Positions 28,343 through 38,200 of a stretch of DNA of 49,153 bases are shown here, one piece after another. The notes beneath the pieces were generated by a model. The model saw only the letters and a list, made by a program, of their open reading frames with translations, was not told the origin of the DNA and searched no databases. A program made the translations under genes and the position numbers. The first letter of the stretch is position 1, and the number at the start of each line of letters is the position of its first letter. The stretch is from NCBI GenBank assembly GCA_038258655.1, contig JBBSPS010000003.1, forward strand, positions 1 through 49,153. The letters run 5' to 3'. Source of the stretch: Bacteroidia bacterium (GTDB lineage: Bacteria > Bacteroidota > Bacteroidia > 2-12-FULL-35-15).

Positions 28343-30190
28343 ATGCCAGATATCATTCAACTTTTACCGGATTCCGTTGCCAATCAGATTGCTGCAGGTG
28401 AAGTGGTGCAACGCCCCGCTTCCGCTGTTAAGGAATTGATGGAAAATGCATTGGATGCAGGCAGTACAAGCATAAAATTGATCGTGAAAGATGCAGGAAA
28501 AACACTTATCCAAGTAATTGATAATGGCTGTGGAATGAGCGAAACTGATGCCCGTATGAGTTTTGAACGCCATGCTACATCGAAGATCCGTAAAGCGGAT
28601 GATTTGTTTGCTATTCGCACCATGGGTTTCAGAGGTGAAGCTTTAGCATCTATTGCTGCTATTGCGCAAGTAGAATTAAAAACAAAACGTATTGGTGATG
28701 AAGTAGGCGTAAAAATTGATATTGAAGCAAGCGAATTAAAATCGCAAGAGGCTTGTAGTTGTGCCGAAGGAAGTTCTATTGCTGTGAAAAATTTATTTTA
28801 TAATATTCCCGCTCGTAGAAATTTCCTTAAAACAGATTCCGTTGAATTGCGTCATATCATTGAAGAATTTCAACGTGTCGCAATTCCTAATCCACAGGTG
28901 GCTTTCAGCCTTCATCATAATACTACAGAAATTTTTCATTTAGAAATCGGTTCGTTAAAACAACGACTGATGGCTATTTTCGGAAGCTCCTACAACTCCC
29001 GTTTGGTTCCTGTTGAAGAAGATACTGATATTGTAAAAATAAAAGGCTTTGTTATAAAACCTGAATTCGCTAAGAAAACCCGTGGCGAACAATTTTTCTT
29101 TTTGAATAAACGATTTATAAAAAGTGCTTATTTGAATCATGCAGTGCAATCAGCATTTGAACAATTATTGCCAAGTGATAGTTTCCCTTCTTATTTTTTA
29201 ATGCTGGATGTTGACCCTAAAACCATTGATATCAATATTCATCCGACTAAAACAGAAGTAAAATTTGAAGATGAAAAAGCGATCTATGCTTTTTTACGTT
29301 CCACCGTAAAAAAATCATTGGGGCAATTTAACATTTCTCCAAGCCTCGATTTTAACCAGGAAGCACATCTTTACAATATGCCTCTAAAACCTGCCGATGG
29401 TATCTACAAGCAACCGACTATTAAAGTTGATCCTAATTATAACCCTTTTAAAACCAGTACACCTGCAACTCCTGCTCCTTCTGATCGTGAATTATCCAAC
29501 CGTGCTAATTGGGAAAAAATGTACAGTCGGCATTCGGATAATCAGTTAGAACATGAAATTAAAAAGGAAGAAGAACCGCAACAAACCATCAACACTGATT
29601 GGAACAATGAGCTGCATGAAAGCAGTAAAAAAACGGTCTATCAATTACACAACAAATATATTTTGTCGCACATCAAAACCGGCTTTATGGTGATAGATCA
29701 GCAAGGTGCGCATGAACGGATTTTGTATGAACGTATTTTAGATTCATTTGAAAAACATAAATCGGCTACACAGCAGGAATTATTTCCAAAAACAATTGAA
29801 TTGAACTCCGCTGATTTTGCTTTGGTGAAGGAACTACAAAAAGAAATTCAGGCGATAGGATTTGATATACGAGAGTTTGGAAAAAATACATATATCATTC
29901 ACGGTGTGCCCGCTGATACTGCTGATTATGATTCAGCAATCTTATTGGAAGGCTTGATAGAAAATTACAAACACAATTTATTAGAATTAAAATCTGATAA
30001 ACGGGAAAATCTTGCACGTTCAATGGCTCGTAATACAGCAATTAAAAGCGGTAAATCGTTAACACAAGAAGAAATGAATAATTTAATTGATGAATTGTTT
30101 GCTTGTAAAATGCCATATAGCACACCAAATGGGAAACCCACCATCACAACCTTTTCAAGTGATGATCTGGATAGGAGATTTAAAAAGTAA
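28343..30190 (+). CDS. mutL: DNA mismatch repair endonuclease MutL
   Basis: ANQIAAGEVVQRPAS, RHATSKI, GFRGEALASIA and DQQGAHERI motifs; start ATG 28343. Confidence 0.97.
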   Translation: MPDIIQLLPDSVANQIAAGEVVQRPASAVKELMENALDAGSTSIKLIVKDAGKTLIQVIDNGCGMSETDARMSFERHATSKIRKADDLFAIRTMGFRGEALASIAAIAQVELKTKRIGDEVGVKIDIEASELKSQEACSCAEGSSIAVKNLFYNIPARRNFLKTDSVELRHIIEEFQRVAIPNPQVAFSLHHNTTEIFHLEIGSLKQRLMAIFGSSYNSRLVPVEEDTDIVKIKGFVIKPEFAKKTRGEQFFFLNKRFIKSAYLNHAVQSAFEQLLPSDSFPSYFLMLDVDPKTIDINIHPTKTEVKFEDEKAIYAFLRSTVKKSLGQFNISPSLDFNQEAHLYNMPLKPADGIYKQPTIKVDPNYNPFKTSTPATPAPSDRELSNRANWEKMYSRHSDNQLEHEIKKEEEPQQTINTDWNNELHESSKKTVYQLHNKYILSHIKTGFMVIDQQGAHERILYERILDSFEKHKSATQQELFPKTIELNSADFALVKELQKEIQAIGFDIREFGKNTYIIHGVPADTADYDSAILLEGLIENYKHNLLELKSDKRENLARSMARNTAIKSGKSLTQEEMNNLIDELFACKMPYSTPNGKPTITTFSSDDLDRRFKK

Positions 30191-30221
30191 GAAGTACAAA
30201 GTATTAAGTACAAAGTATTAA
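30191..30221 (+). repeat. Short tandem repeat (AAGTACA/AAGTATT heptamers)
   Basis: aagtacaaagtattaagtacaaagtattaa between mutL and the first rhomboid. Confidence 0.55.
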
Positions 30222-30239
30222 GAAAAAACAGAATCATAA

Positions 30240-31085
30240 ATGTCAGACCAGCCATATCGCCCAAGCAGTTTTAATGTATTGCCACTTGTAGTAAAAAATT
30301 TACTTATCATAAATGGTTTATTCTTTTTGGCAACCTGGGCCTTCAAAAGTCAATATGATATTGACCTTACAAATTATCTTGGCTTACATTATTTTACATC
30401 GCAATATTTTCGCCCATATCAATTCATTACATACATGTTCATGCACGGAGGCATTGATCATATTTTCTTTAATATGTTCGCGTTGTGGATGTTTGGAAAC
30501 GTGCTGGAAAATTTTTGGGGGCCGAAACGATTTTTAATATTTTACATGGCAACAGGTATTGGCGCAGCGTTGATTTATATGAGTTATCAGGCTTTCCAGT
30601 TTTATCGGATAGACGTATCTGTTCAGGAACTTCTAAATAATCCTATACCTGAAGAATATTACTCATTAATAAAAAAACATTTTTCCGGTTATCTCGAAAT
30701 TGGCCAAAATCAAATGCAAATAGATGCATTTGTAAAACATTGGTCGCTGGATTTAACTAATAAACTTTATCTGAAACAAGCATTAACTGATATTAATCAA
30801 TTTATTACATTTCAACAAGACAACCCTATAGTAGGTGCATCAGGAGCTATATTCGGTGTATTACTTGCATTTGGAATGCTTTTCCCGAATACCTTATTGT
30901 ATGTTTATTTTTTAATTCCTATCAAAGCAAAATATTTTGTGATTTTTTATGGCGCATTGGAACTCTATTCAGGTATTATAAATAACCCCGGAGATAACGT
31001 AGCGCATTTCGCGCATTTAGGTGGCATGCTCTTTGGTTTTATATTGATCAAATATTGGCAAAAGAAAAACAAGCATTTTTATTAA
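30240..31085 (+). CDS. Rhomboid family intramembrane serine protease
   Basis: HIFFNM, GASGA and AHFAHLGG motifs. Confidence 0.93.
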   Translation: MSDQPYRPSSFNVLPLVVKNLLIINGLFFLATWAFKSQYDIDLTNYLGLHYFTSQYFRPYQFITYMFMHGGIDHIFFNMFALWMFGNVLENFWGPKRFLIFYMATGIGAALIYMSYQAFQFYRIDVSVQELLNNPIPEEYYSLIKKHFSGYLEIGQNQMQIDAFVKHWSLDLTNKLYLKQALTDINQFITFQQDNPIVGASGAIFGVLLAFGMLFPNTLLYVYFLIPIKAKYFVIFYGALELYSGIINNPGDNVAHFAHLGGMLFGFILIKYWQKKNKHFY

Positions 31086-31087
31086 TT

Positions 31088-31993
31088 ATGGCACACCTGA
31101 TCATAGAAGATATAAAATCAAAAATACGCAACGGTAATCCTGTTACAGTTTTAATACTTTTAAATGCCGCCGTATTTTTAGTAATTAGTTTACTCCGCAT
31201 CCTGCTTTTTTTAACAGGAAATTTTGGGGTTCTTGCTTCATTTCTAAGCTTTATAGTTGAAAACATTTCTCTTAATTTAAGCATACAAGGCTTGATATAT
31301 AAACCTTGGACCCTTATCACCCACATGTTTACTCATATAGAGTTTGCTCATATTTTTTGGAACATGATCACACTCTATTGGTTTGGAACTATTTTATCAG
31401 AATATACTTCTGTAAAAAAAATTATTCCTATTTATTTATTGGGTGGAATTTTCGGAGCTCTTTTTACCGTAGTAATTAGCCTCTTACCTCCTTTTTATTT
31501 TCTATCCGGCGCTACTGCTATTGGAGCTTCTGCTGGTGTTACAGCTATTATAGTTGCGGCAGCAACACTGGTTCCCAACTACAGAATGAACCTCTTATTG
31601 ATCGGACCAGTAAAATTGATTTACATCGCTATTTTTGCCATTTTTATTGATGTATTAAATATGGCTTCCAACACAAATGTTGGTGGAAACATAGCACATT
31701 TGGGCGGTGCGCTAATGGGATATATTTTTATCGTTCAATATAAAAAAGGCAGAGATCTTTCAAAAGGGATTAACCGTTTTTTTGATTGGGTAAGTGGTTC
31801 ATTCAAATCATTACCAAAAAGCAAAATGAATGTAGTTTATAAACGTGGCGTTTCAGACGAAGAATATAATTACAATAAAAAATCACAACAAGAACAGATC
31901 GATAAAATTTTGGATAAAATTTCAAAATCGGGATATGAAAGTTTAAGTAAAACTGAAAAAGAAATTTTATTTAAAGCAAGCGGGAAGAAGTGA
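31088..31993 (+). CDS. Rhomboid family protease with C-terminal DUF6576-like tail
   Basis: HIFWNM, GASAG, AHLGG and IDKILDKISKSGYESL motifs; start ATG 31088. Confidence 0.92.
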   Translation: MAHLIIEDIKSKIRNGNPVTVLILLNAAVFLVISLLRILLFLTGNFGVLASFLSFIVENISLNLSIQGLIYKPWTLITHMFTHIEFAHIFWNMITLYWFGTILSEYTSVKKIIPIYLLGGIFGALFTVVISLLPPFYFLSGATAIGASAGVTAIIVAAATLVPNYRMNLLLIGPVKLIYIAIFAIFIDVLNMASNTNVGGNIAHLGGALMGYIFIVQYKKGRDLSKGINRFFDWVSGSFKSLPKSKMNVVYKRGVSDEEYNYNKKSQQEQIDKILDKISKSGYESLSKTEKEILFKASGKK

Positions 31994-32098
31994 ATAGGCA
32001 ATTGTTTAGTAGGCAATTCAACAATAGGCAATAAAATGGCTAGCAAAATAACAAACATAGATTTGTATATTTGTATAGATTAGTAATTAGCAGGAAAC

Positions 32099-33244
32099 AT
32101 GAAAATTGGAATAGTATGTTATCCAACATTTGGCGGTAGTGGAGTTGTAGCTACTGAACTTGGGAAAGCCCTTGCCGAAAAAGGTCATCAGGTGCATTTT
32201 ATTACATACAGTCAACCTGTACGTTTAGATTTTTTTTCAGGAAACTTATTTTATCATGAAGTTTCTGTTTCCGATTATCCATTGTTTGAATACCAGCCCT
32301 ATGAACTGGTATTATCAAGCAAACTGGTGGATGTTGTAAAGTATGAAAAATTAGATCTCTTACACGTACATTATGCTATACCACATGCTTCAGCCGCCTA
32401 CATGGCGAAACAAATATTAGCATCTCAAGGAATTAATATTCCATTCATTACAACACTTCATGGAACTGACATTACACTGGTGGGAAAAGATCCTTCCTTT
32501 GAACCTGTTATTACATTTGCAATTAACCAAAGTGATGCTGTTACTGCTGTTTCAGAAAGCTTAAAAACTGATACGTATAAAAATTTTCCAAATGTTCAGA
32601 AAGAGATAAAAGTAATTCCAAATTTTATTTGCCTGGATGATTATCATTTCGAAACTTCAAAATGTCAGAAAAAAATGTATGCTCCCAATGGAGAACGTTT
32701 GTTGATTCACGTTTCCAATTTCAGAAAAGTAAAACGGGTTGAAGATGTATTACGAGTATTTGATAAAGTTAAAAAAGTAATTCCTTCAAAATTAATTTTA
32801 GTAGGAGATGGGCCTGAGCGTCCTGCGATTGAAAAACTTTGTCGCGAACTGGATACTTGCAGCGATATTAAATCATTGGGAAAAATTGTGAACCCGGAAC
32901 AAGTGTTGGCCATTGCCGATTTATTTTTATTACCCTCCGAAACAGAAAGTTTCGGTTTAGCCGCTTTGGAAGCAATGGCAGCCAGAGTGCCTGTAATTTC
33001 AACTAATTCGGGCGGCATACCGGAAGTAAATATAAATGGATTTTCGGGCTATTTAAGTAATGTTGGCGATGTGGATGACATGGCAAAAAATGCCATCGCT
33101 ATTTTAAAAGAAGACGCTACATTAAATAAATTTAAAACGAATGCTTATGAGCAAGCTAATAAATTCGATATCTCTAAAATATTACCGATGTATGAAAATT
33201 TGTATAAAGAGGTTTTGAAAAAAAACCTACAGACCACTCACTAA
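32099..33244 (+). CDS. bshA: N-acetyl-alpha-D-glucosaminyl L-malate synthase
   Basis: CYPTFGGSGVVATELG, HVHYAIPHA, TTLHGTDIT and ESFGLAALEAM motifs. Confidence 0.95.
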   Translation: MKIGIVCYPTFGGSGVVATELGKALAEKGHQVHFITYSQPVRLDFFSGNLFYHEVSVSDYPLFEYQPYELVLSSKLVDVVKYEKLDLLHVHYAIPHASAAYMAKQILASQGINIPFITTLHGTDITLVGKDPSFEPVITFAINQSDAVTAVSESLKTDTYKNFPNVQKEIKVIPNFICLDDYHFETSKCQKKMYAPNGERLLIHVSNFRKVKRVEDVLRVFDKVKKVIPSKLILVGDGPERPAIEKLCRELDTCSDIKSLGKIVNPEQVLAIADLFLLPSETESFGLAALEAMAARVPVISTNSGGIPEVNINGFSGYLSNVGDVDDMAKNAIAILKEDATLNKFKTNAYEQANKFDISKILPMYENLYKEVLKKNLQTTH

Positions 33245-33606
33245 TTTTCCTTAAAACTTCCTTTGAAAGAAAAGAAGTTAGTTTCTCCCGCCGAAACAAG
33301 ACTATCTACTTGTAAAAAATTATTTTCCTTTGTTTTAAAACGTAAGGTCATTGTTATATTGGGATTTTCATCCGGATTTAGAATTGCGGTAAATTTTAAA
33401 TTATCGCCGGTTACCATAGTAAGTTTTTTACTGATAATATGCTCAACAGTTTCTTTTACCATTTGACTTAAACATACACCAGGGACTATGGGATTTCCCG
33501 GAAAATGCCCTTCATACACTTTATGTTTGGGATTTAATTCAATGCTGATTGTGTATTTATCAGCGTTTTTAATATCGGTAATTTTAAAAAAATCGTTGAG
33601 TAACAT
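33241..33606 (-). CDS. 3-hydroxyacyl-ACP dehydratase (FabZ/ApeI-like)
   Basis: H.VYEGHFPGNPIVPGVC motif. Confidence 0.85.
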   Translation of the reverse strand: MLLNDFFKITDIKNADKYTISIELNPKHKVYEGHFPGNPIVPGVCLSQMVKETVEHIISKKLTMVTGDNLKFTAILNPDENPNITMTLRFKTKENNFLQVDSLVSAGETNFFSFKGSFKEN

Positions 33607-33625
33607 CTTAAGTTGTCTTATTGAT

Positions 33626-34507
33626 TTACTTTCTAATCAAATTATAATTTTTAAATTCTCCAATATGCAAACCGGTTTTTTGATAAATGAAATTTAAAAT
33701 TCTTCTTCTCACAGATGTTTTAATTCCTTTTGTAGGATCAAATGTAAAAGTCCAGTTAAGGCGTTTTAAACGTTGTTCCATTACTTTAGGATGTGTATCG
33801 GTAAATTTTGCAAGTGAATCTATTTTAGAATAATCAAATTCATCAACCTTAGGAATATTTTCTTCCACCCACTTATCATCATGCCATAACTTATGAAATT
33901 CCATTTGTTTACGCTGCATCGCATCAGGTGATTTTACCCAGCCGTAATGATATATACAGGCATCCACATAAGCGACATCCAATTTCACATCATTTCCTTT
34001 TCTGAAACTCATCGCATCTTTATAGGAATAAATAGTTGGATCATTTCGTACCACACGAATTTCTTTTTTCTGCCAATGCCTTGAATCTGCTATATAATCA
34101 TATGATCCATAGAAATTCAAATGATCAAATACTAACCCATCAATTTTTTTATCATCCTTATACTTGATCATTCCATTTTTAATGTTTTCTAAATATTTTT
34201 CATGGATCACTTCATCGCCCTGGATGTAAAATGCCCAATCGCTATCAGCTGAAATAGCTTTGAACGCTTTATTTGTTTCATCCGACAATACTTTTCCTCC
34301 TTCACGCAAAGTTTCATCCCAAACAGTTTCTAGGATTTTTATTTTAGGAGAGTTAATGGATTTTATATAGGCCAATGTTTCATCATCCGATTTCCCAACA
34401 GCCACAATAAACTCATCACATATCGGCAAGATAGAAGTGATGGCTTCAATTACAGGATAATCAAATTTTAAGGCGTTTTTTATAAAAGAAAATCCTGATA
34501 CTTTCAT
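33626..34507 (-). CDS. Glycosyltransferase family 2 protein
   Basis: SGFSFIKNA, YIQGDE and IYHYGWV motifs. Confidence 0.8.
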   Translation of the reverse strand: MKVSGFSFIKNALKFDYPVIEAITSILPICDEFIVAVGKSDDETLAYIKSINSPKIKILETVWDETLREGGKVLSDETNKAFKAISADSDWAFYIQGDEVIHEKYLENIKNGMIKYKDDKKIDGLVFDHLNFYGSYDYIADSRHWQKKEIRVVRNDPTIYSYKDAMSFRKGNDVKLDVAYVDACIYHYGWVKSPDAMQRKQMEFHKLWHDDKWVEENIPKVDEFDYSKIDSLAKFTDTHPKVMEQRLKRLNWTFTFDPTKGIKTSVRRRILNFIYQKTGLHIGEFKNYNLIRK

Positions 34508-35268
34508 TTAGTTTGTTTACTTGAAAACAATGATTTTAAAAATGAAGGATAAAAATAATTTCCACTCACTTTATTTTTAAAACTCATCAACGTAGTTTTA
34601 GGTGTTACTTCAATTCTGCGTATTTGAAAATAATCTTCACCAAATTGTTTCGGCCCCGTATTAGTAGATACAGCATATAAATAACCGGTTTTCTTCGTTG
34701 TTTCCTTTACGGATTCATTTATCCCGCCAAAAGGATAAGCAAAACTTATTACCTGTTTATTTATTAATCGCTCCACATCTTCTTTACAACCTTTAATCTC
34801 TTTTATTCGTTCATTTTCCGAGCATTTTGTAAGATCAACATGTAACTGAGTATGCCCGCCCATTTCAATGCCATAATCACCCATCTCTTTCACTTGTTCC
34901 TTCGTCATCATATTCACTCTTGGTTCGCCCTCTCGAACTCCCCAAGCATTGTGGTCAACTTGCGTAACAAGATAAATAACTGCTTTGAATTCATATTTTT
35001 TCAATATCGGAAATAGCAAGAAGTAATTATCTTCATAACCATCATCAAAAGTTAATATTATTTTTTTATAAAGATCCATTGAAGGATCTTGTTGGAAATC
35101 AAAAAAAGTAATGGTTTGATATCCGCTGTCTTTCAAATACTTCATTTGTTTTTCAAAATCCTTTTCTCGAACATACACTTTATGTTTTCCTGTTACGGAT
35201 TGCGCATTTACAATGCGATGATACAAAAGAACAGGTAAACTGTAAGATATATGTTTATTAATTGACAT
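34504..35268 (-). CDS. Polysaccharide deacetylase (CE4)
   Basis: VLLYH, LTFDDGY, GGHTQLH and FAYPFG motifs. Confidence 0.88.
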   Translation of the reverse strand: MSINKHISYSLPVLLYHRIVNAQSVTGKHKVYVREKDFEKQMKYLKDSGYQTITFFDFQQDPSMDLYKKIILTFDDGYEDNYFLLFPILKKYEFKAVIYLVTQVDHNAWGVREGEPRVNMMTKEQVKEMGDYGIEMGGHTQLHVDLTKCSENERIKEIKGCKEDVERLINKQVISFAYPFGGINESVKETTKKTGYLYAVSTNTGPKQFGEDYFQIRRIEVTPKTTLMSFKNKVSGNYFYPSFLKSLFSSKQTK

Positions 35269-35284
35269 TCCTATTATTTATTTA

Positions 35285-35375
35285 GTACGTGATTGCGAGG
35301 GCTTTTTCGTTCTAACCACTCTCGCAACACCAAGAGGAGTGAGGTTGCTTCAGTTGTGCCTCCTTCGCTATGACG
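35285..35375. repeat. MITE/REP-like palindromic element, copy 1
   Basis: GTACGTGATTGCGAGGGCTTTTTC...GAGGTTGCTTC...TTCGCTATGACG; matches the copy at 36641. Confidence 0.65.
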
Positions 35376-35384
35376 CTTCGTGAT

Positions 35385-36014
35385 TTACCTTTTCAACAAA
35401 TTCAATTCAATTTTCAATTTAATATCGCAATGCTTAATAATGATATTACCCGGAAAATCATTTTTATAATCATTCAATGTAAAAATAGTTTTTTTTATCC
35501 ATTTTTTAGAATGTTCAATTTTTACAAGATGTTGAGATGCCTTTTCCTTGAAATAATAATTGTACCGATCATCAAAATGTATTTGTTTAATGTCATATAA
35601 CCCTTTTTTATCTGTTAAAACAGCTACAGGCTTTCCACTTAAATTATTCATCAATAATATTTCAATATCATGTTGTATTGTTTTTAATAATAATGGACGG
35701 TTAAATTGAGGAACACAATAATGCAGCGTAAATGCAGTGTCTTTAAATTCAAAATCAAATAATTTCATTCCTAATTCGGTAGTAAATATCACACGATAAT
35801 CATTGGGCTGAAGTTGCTTAGTAACGAGCAAACCGCTAAAGTGTTTTCCGTAAACATGAATATTTGTTTTGAATAAAAATGAATTGAAATTATCACCAAA
35901 AAAAGGTTTAGGAGCAGACGTGTTAGAATCAGACATTCTCAACCGGCCATAATGGCCGAGGGTACATCCGGCAAGAATGATCGCAATTAAACTACTTAAT
36001 AATAAATTTTTCAT
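35385..36014 (-). CDS. Hypothetical lipoprotein of flexirubin-type clusters
   Basis: Lipobox LAGC; FSGLLV and FTTELGMKLFDF motifs; follows the LolA-like gene. Confidence 0.7.
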   Translation of the reverse strand: MKNLLLSSLIAIILAGCTLGHYGRLRMSDSNTSAPKPFFGDNFNSFLFKTNIHVYGKHFSGLLVTKQLQPNDYRVIFTTELGMKLFDFEFKDTAFTLHYCVPQFNRPLLLKTIQHDIEILLMNNLSGKPVAVLTDKKGLYDIKQIHFDDRYNYYFKEKASQHLVKIEHSKKWIKKTIFTLNDYKNDFPGNIIIKHCDIKLKIELNLLKR

Positions 36015-36627
36015 CGCCTATTGGCTGATTAGTTTTGCGATTGATAAACTCAATGCCGGTATAATCATCACCCGGTTCAGTCATTTTTACTTTTACTACC
36101 GCATAATCTGTTTTATCAATATAGAGATAAATACTTTTTAAAAAATCCTTGGCGGCTTTTTGGGTTGGAGTTAATTCCAATAAATATTGTTTATCATTTT
36201 CATAGAATTGAACTTTGTAATCTTTACTATTTAATAGATTCCCCTGAACAGTATTCACCATCATCTCATTGATGCTCTTAAACATTTTATTAGAGTTGAT
36301 ATCATACTTACTTACTTTTCCATTATCCTTGATAAACATCTTGTCTTTATTGATAGCGATTAAATAGCTATATGGATCAGTATATTCCCATCTGAGCATA
36401 TTTACTTTTTTAAAACAAAAATGCCCTTTACTGATAATTTTTTCAGACATCACACTCAAATATTTTTCCTGGACAAAATCGCTTTCAATGGAGTTGACCA
36501 ACTTTGATTGTGTTTCCATTTTTTGTTTGAAAGCTAATGTATCTTTCACAAGTTTGAAGCCTACGGGCATTTGAGCCAATAAAATTGCAGGTAAAATAAA
36601 CAAGTATATTAAAAATGCTTTTTTCAT
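35992..36627 (-). CDS. LolA-like outer-membrane lipoprotein carrier
   Basis: SDFVQEK and LRWEYTDPY motifs; signal peptide. Confidence 0.85.
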   Translation of the reverse strand: MKKAFLIYLFILPAILLAQMPVGFKLVKDTLAFKQKMETQSKLVNSIESDFVQEKYLSVMSEKIISKGHFCFKKVNMLRWEYTDPYSYLIAINKDKMFIKDNGKVSKYDINSNKMFKSINEMMVNTVQGNLLNSKDYKVQFYENDKQYLLELTPTQKAAKDFLKSIYLYIDKTDYAVVKVKMTEPGDDYTGIEFINRKTNQPIGDEKFIIK

Positions 36628-36640
36628 TTATTATTTTTTA

Positions 36641-36726
36641 GTACGTCATTACGAGGGCTTTTTCTTCCGAAACAATCTCATTTTACTAGTTGAGATTGCT
36701 TTGTTCTTTTCTCACTCGCAATAACG
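36641..36726. repeat. MITE/REP-like palindromic element, copy 2
   Basis: GTACGTCATTACGAGGGCTTTTTC...CAATCTC...GAGATTGCT...CTCGCAATAACG. Confidence 0.65.
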
Positions 36727-36727
36727 T

Positions 36728-37507
36728 TTATTCATACCCTTTAATTTTTAATAACTCCTCCACACTTACAATTTTAAAGTCATTCTCTTTAACAAAATTA
36801 AGTGTTTGCTTTAACACTTCGATAGTTTTATCAGAAGTATCATGAAACAAAATAATAGCTCCCGGCTTTAGTTGCGTTTGTACCCGTTTTACAATAGTTT
36901 CTATGCTATCCCTTGTTGTATCCATTGAACGGATATTCCAGCCAATGGTATAATATTTTAATGCTTTCACCGCTTTGGAAATATTCGGAGTAGTAACACC
37001 ATAGGGCGGACGAAATAATTTCATTCGTTTACCGATTATGTTATAAACTGTATCTGATGTAGCATCTAACTCATATATAAATGCAGGTACTCTTTTAAAG
37101 TCAACAAAAAGCGAATGACTGAACGTATGATTTCCAATTGTATGGCCGGCTTTATCCATTTGTTTAAGTAGGTTTTCATTCCCTTTGATCTTTTTGCCGA
37201 TCACAAAAAAGGTTGCAGGGGCATTATATTTTGATAACATTAAAAGTACTTTAGCAGTATATTCAGCATTCGGGCCATCATCAAAAGTGATGGCAATCAG
37301 CTTTTCTGAGGTGTTTGAATTACAATATGTTTTTACAAAAAAACTGGATTGGATATTTGCCGAACCGTAAATGATAAATGCTTTGTAAATTATTATCGGT
37401 AATACTATCCACCATACACTAATCCCGAAAAAATAAATCGAGAGGATTACATCTAAGAAGATAATAATAAAAGCGAGAGTTGTTGATCTGAAGGTCATTT
37501 GATACAC
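36728..37507 (-). CDS. Polysaccharide deacetylase with N-terminal TM (flexirubin-cluster type)
   Basis: ITFDDGP, GNHTFSH, FRPPYG and ILFHD motifs. Confidence 0.88.
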   Translation of the reverse strand: MYQMTFRSTTLAFIIIFLDVILSIYFFGISVWWIVLPIIIYKAFIIYGSANIQSSFFVKTYCNSNTSEKLIAITFDDGPNAEYTAKVLLMLSKYNAPATFFVIGKKIKGNENLLKQMDKAGHTIGNHTFSHSLFVDFKRVPAFIYELDATSDTVYNIIGKRMKLFRPPYGVTTPNISKAVKALKYYTIGWNIRSMDTTRDSIETIVKRVQTQLKPGAIILFHDTSDKTIEVLKQTLNFVKENDFKIVSVEELLKIKGYE

Positions 37508-37513
37508 CGACAG

Positions 37514-37900
37514 TTAGGTCCATTGTTGTTTTGCCTTGTACTTTTTTAGTCCTTTATCTCGAGTGATTAATATTAAATCCTCAGAAATTGCTTGAGAAAT
37601 AATTAACCTGTCAAAAGGATCACTATGATGATTCGGTAATTTTGATAATGTTACAAGATGATCGTATGTTATTGGAACAATCTCTATTTGATTTCTGTCC
37701 GCATAATCAAATAATTCTTCAAGAGAAATATTTAAAGTCAATTTACCAATTTGCTTTTTGATAGTGATTTCCCATAAACTTACTGCACTCAAAAAACAAG
37801 ACTGATGAATATCCTTTATTTTGTCCCTAATAGATACCGGCAATTGAGCATCACCTGAAACAAACCATAAAAAAGCATGAGTATCAAGTAGGAAAGCCAT
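37514..37900 (-). CDS. vapC: Type II TA system PIN-domain toxin
   Basis: LLDTHAFLW, SLWEI.IK and HHSDPFDRLIISQA motifs. Confidence 0.92.
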   Translation of the reverse strand: MAFLLDTHAFLWFVSGDAQLPVSIRDKIKDIHQSCFLSAVSLWEITIKKQIGKLTLNISLEELFDYADRNQIEIVPITYDHLVTLSKLPNHHSDPFDRLIISQAISEDLILITRDKGLKKYKAKQQWT

Positions 37901-38103
37901 TACGTGTAGCTTTTAAATTCTTCCAATGGGTCGTCAAAATCAGAGGCAAGTTTTATTTTACCTTTAGCGAAGCCGAACTCACGAGATTTAAGTTTAGATT
38001 TTGTTTTTGATTTTGTTTTCAAGAATTCAACAAAATCAGCTACTTCTTCCCTGATGGCTTTAGGTAACGAATTGATTTCTATTTTTAAAGAAGTATTTGT
38101 CAT
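37900..38103 (-). CDS. DUF2281-type antitoxin
   Basis: INSLP...EVADFVEFL and REFG.AKGKI...DFDDPLE motifs; 1-nt overlap with the toxin start. Confidence 0.85.
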   Translation of the reverse strand: MTNTSLKIEINSLPKAIREEVADFVEFLKTKSKTKSKLKSREFGFAKGKIKLASDFDDPLEEFKSYT

Positions 38104-38200
38104 GTGGTAAATTTACGAAAGATAATTCATTTTTCAAAAATATAGAATGTCTTTGAAATATACTCGTACCACTATCGCTTCCACAAAGCATAACTAATAA

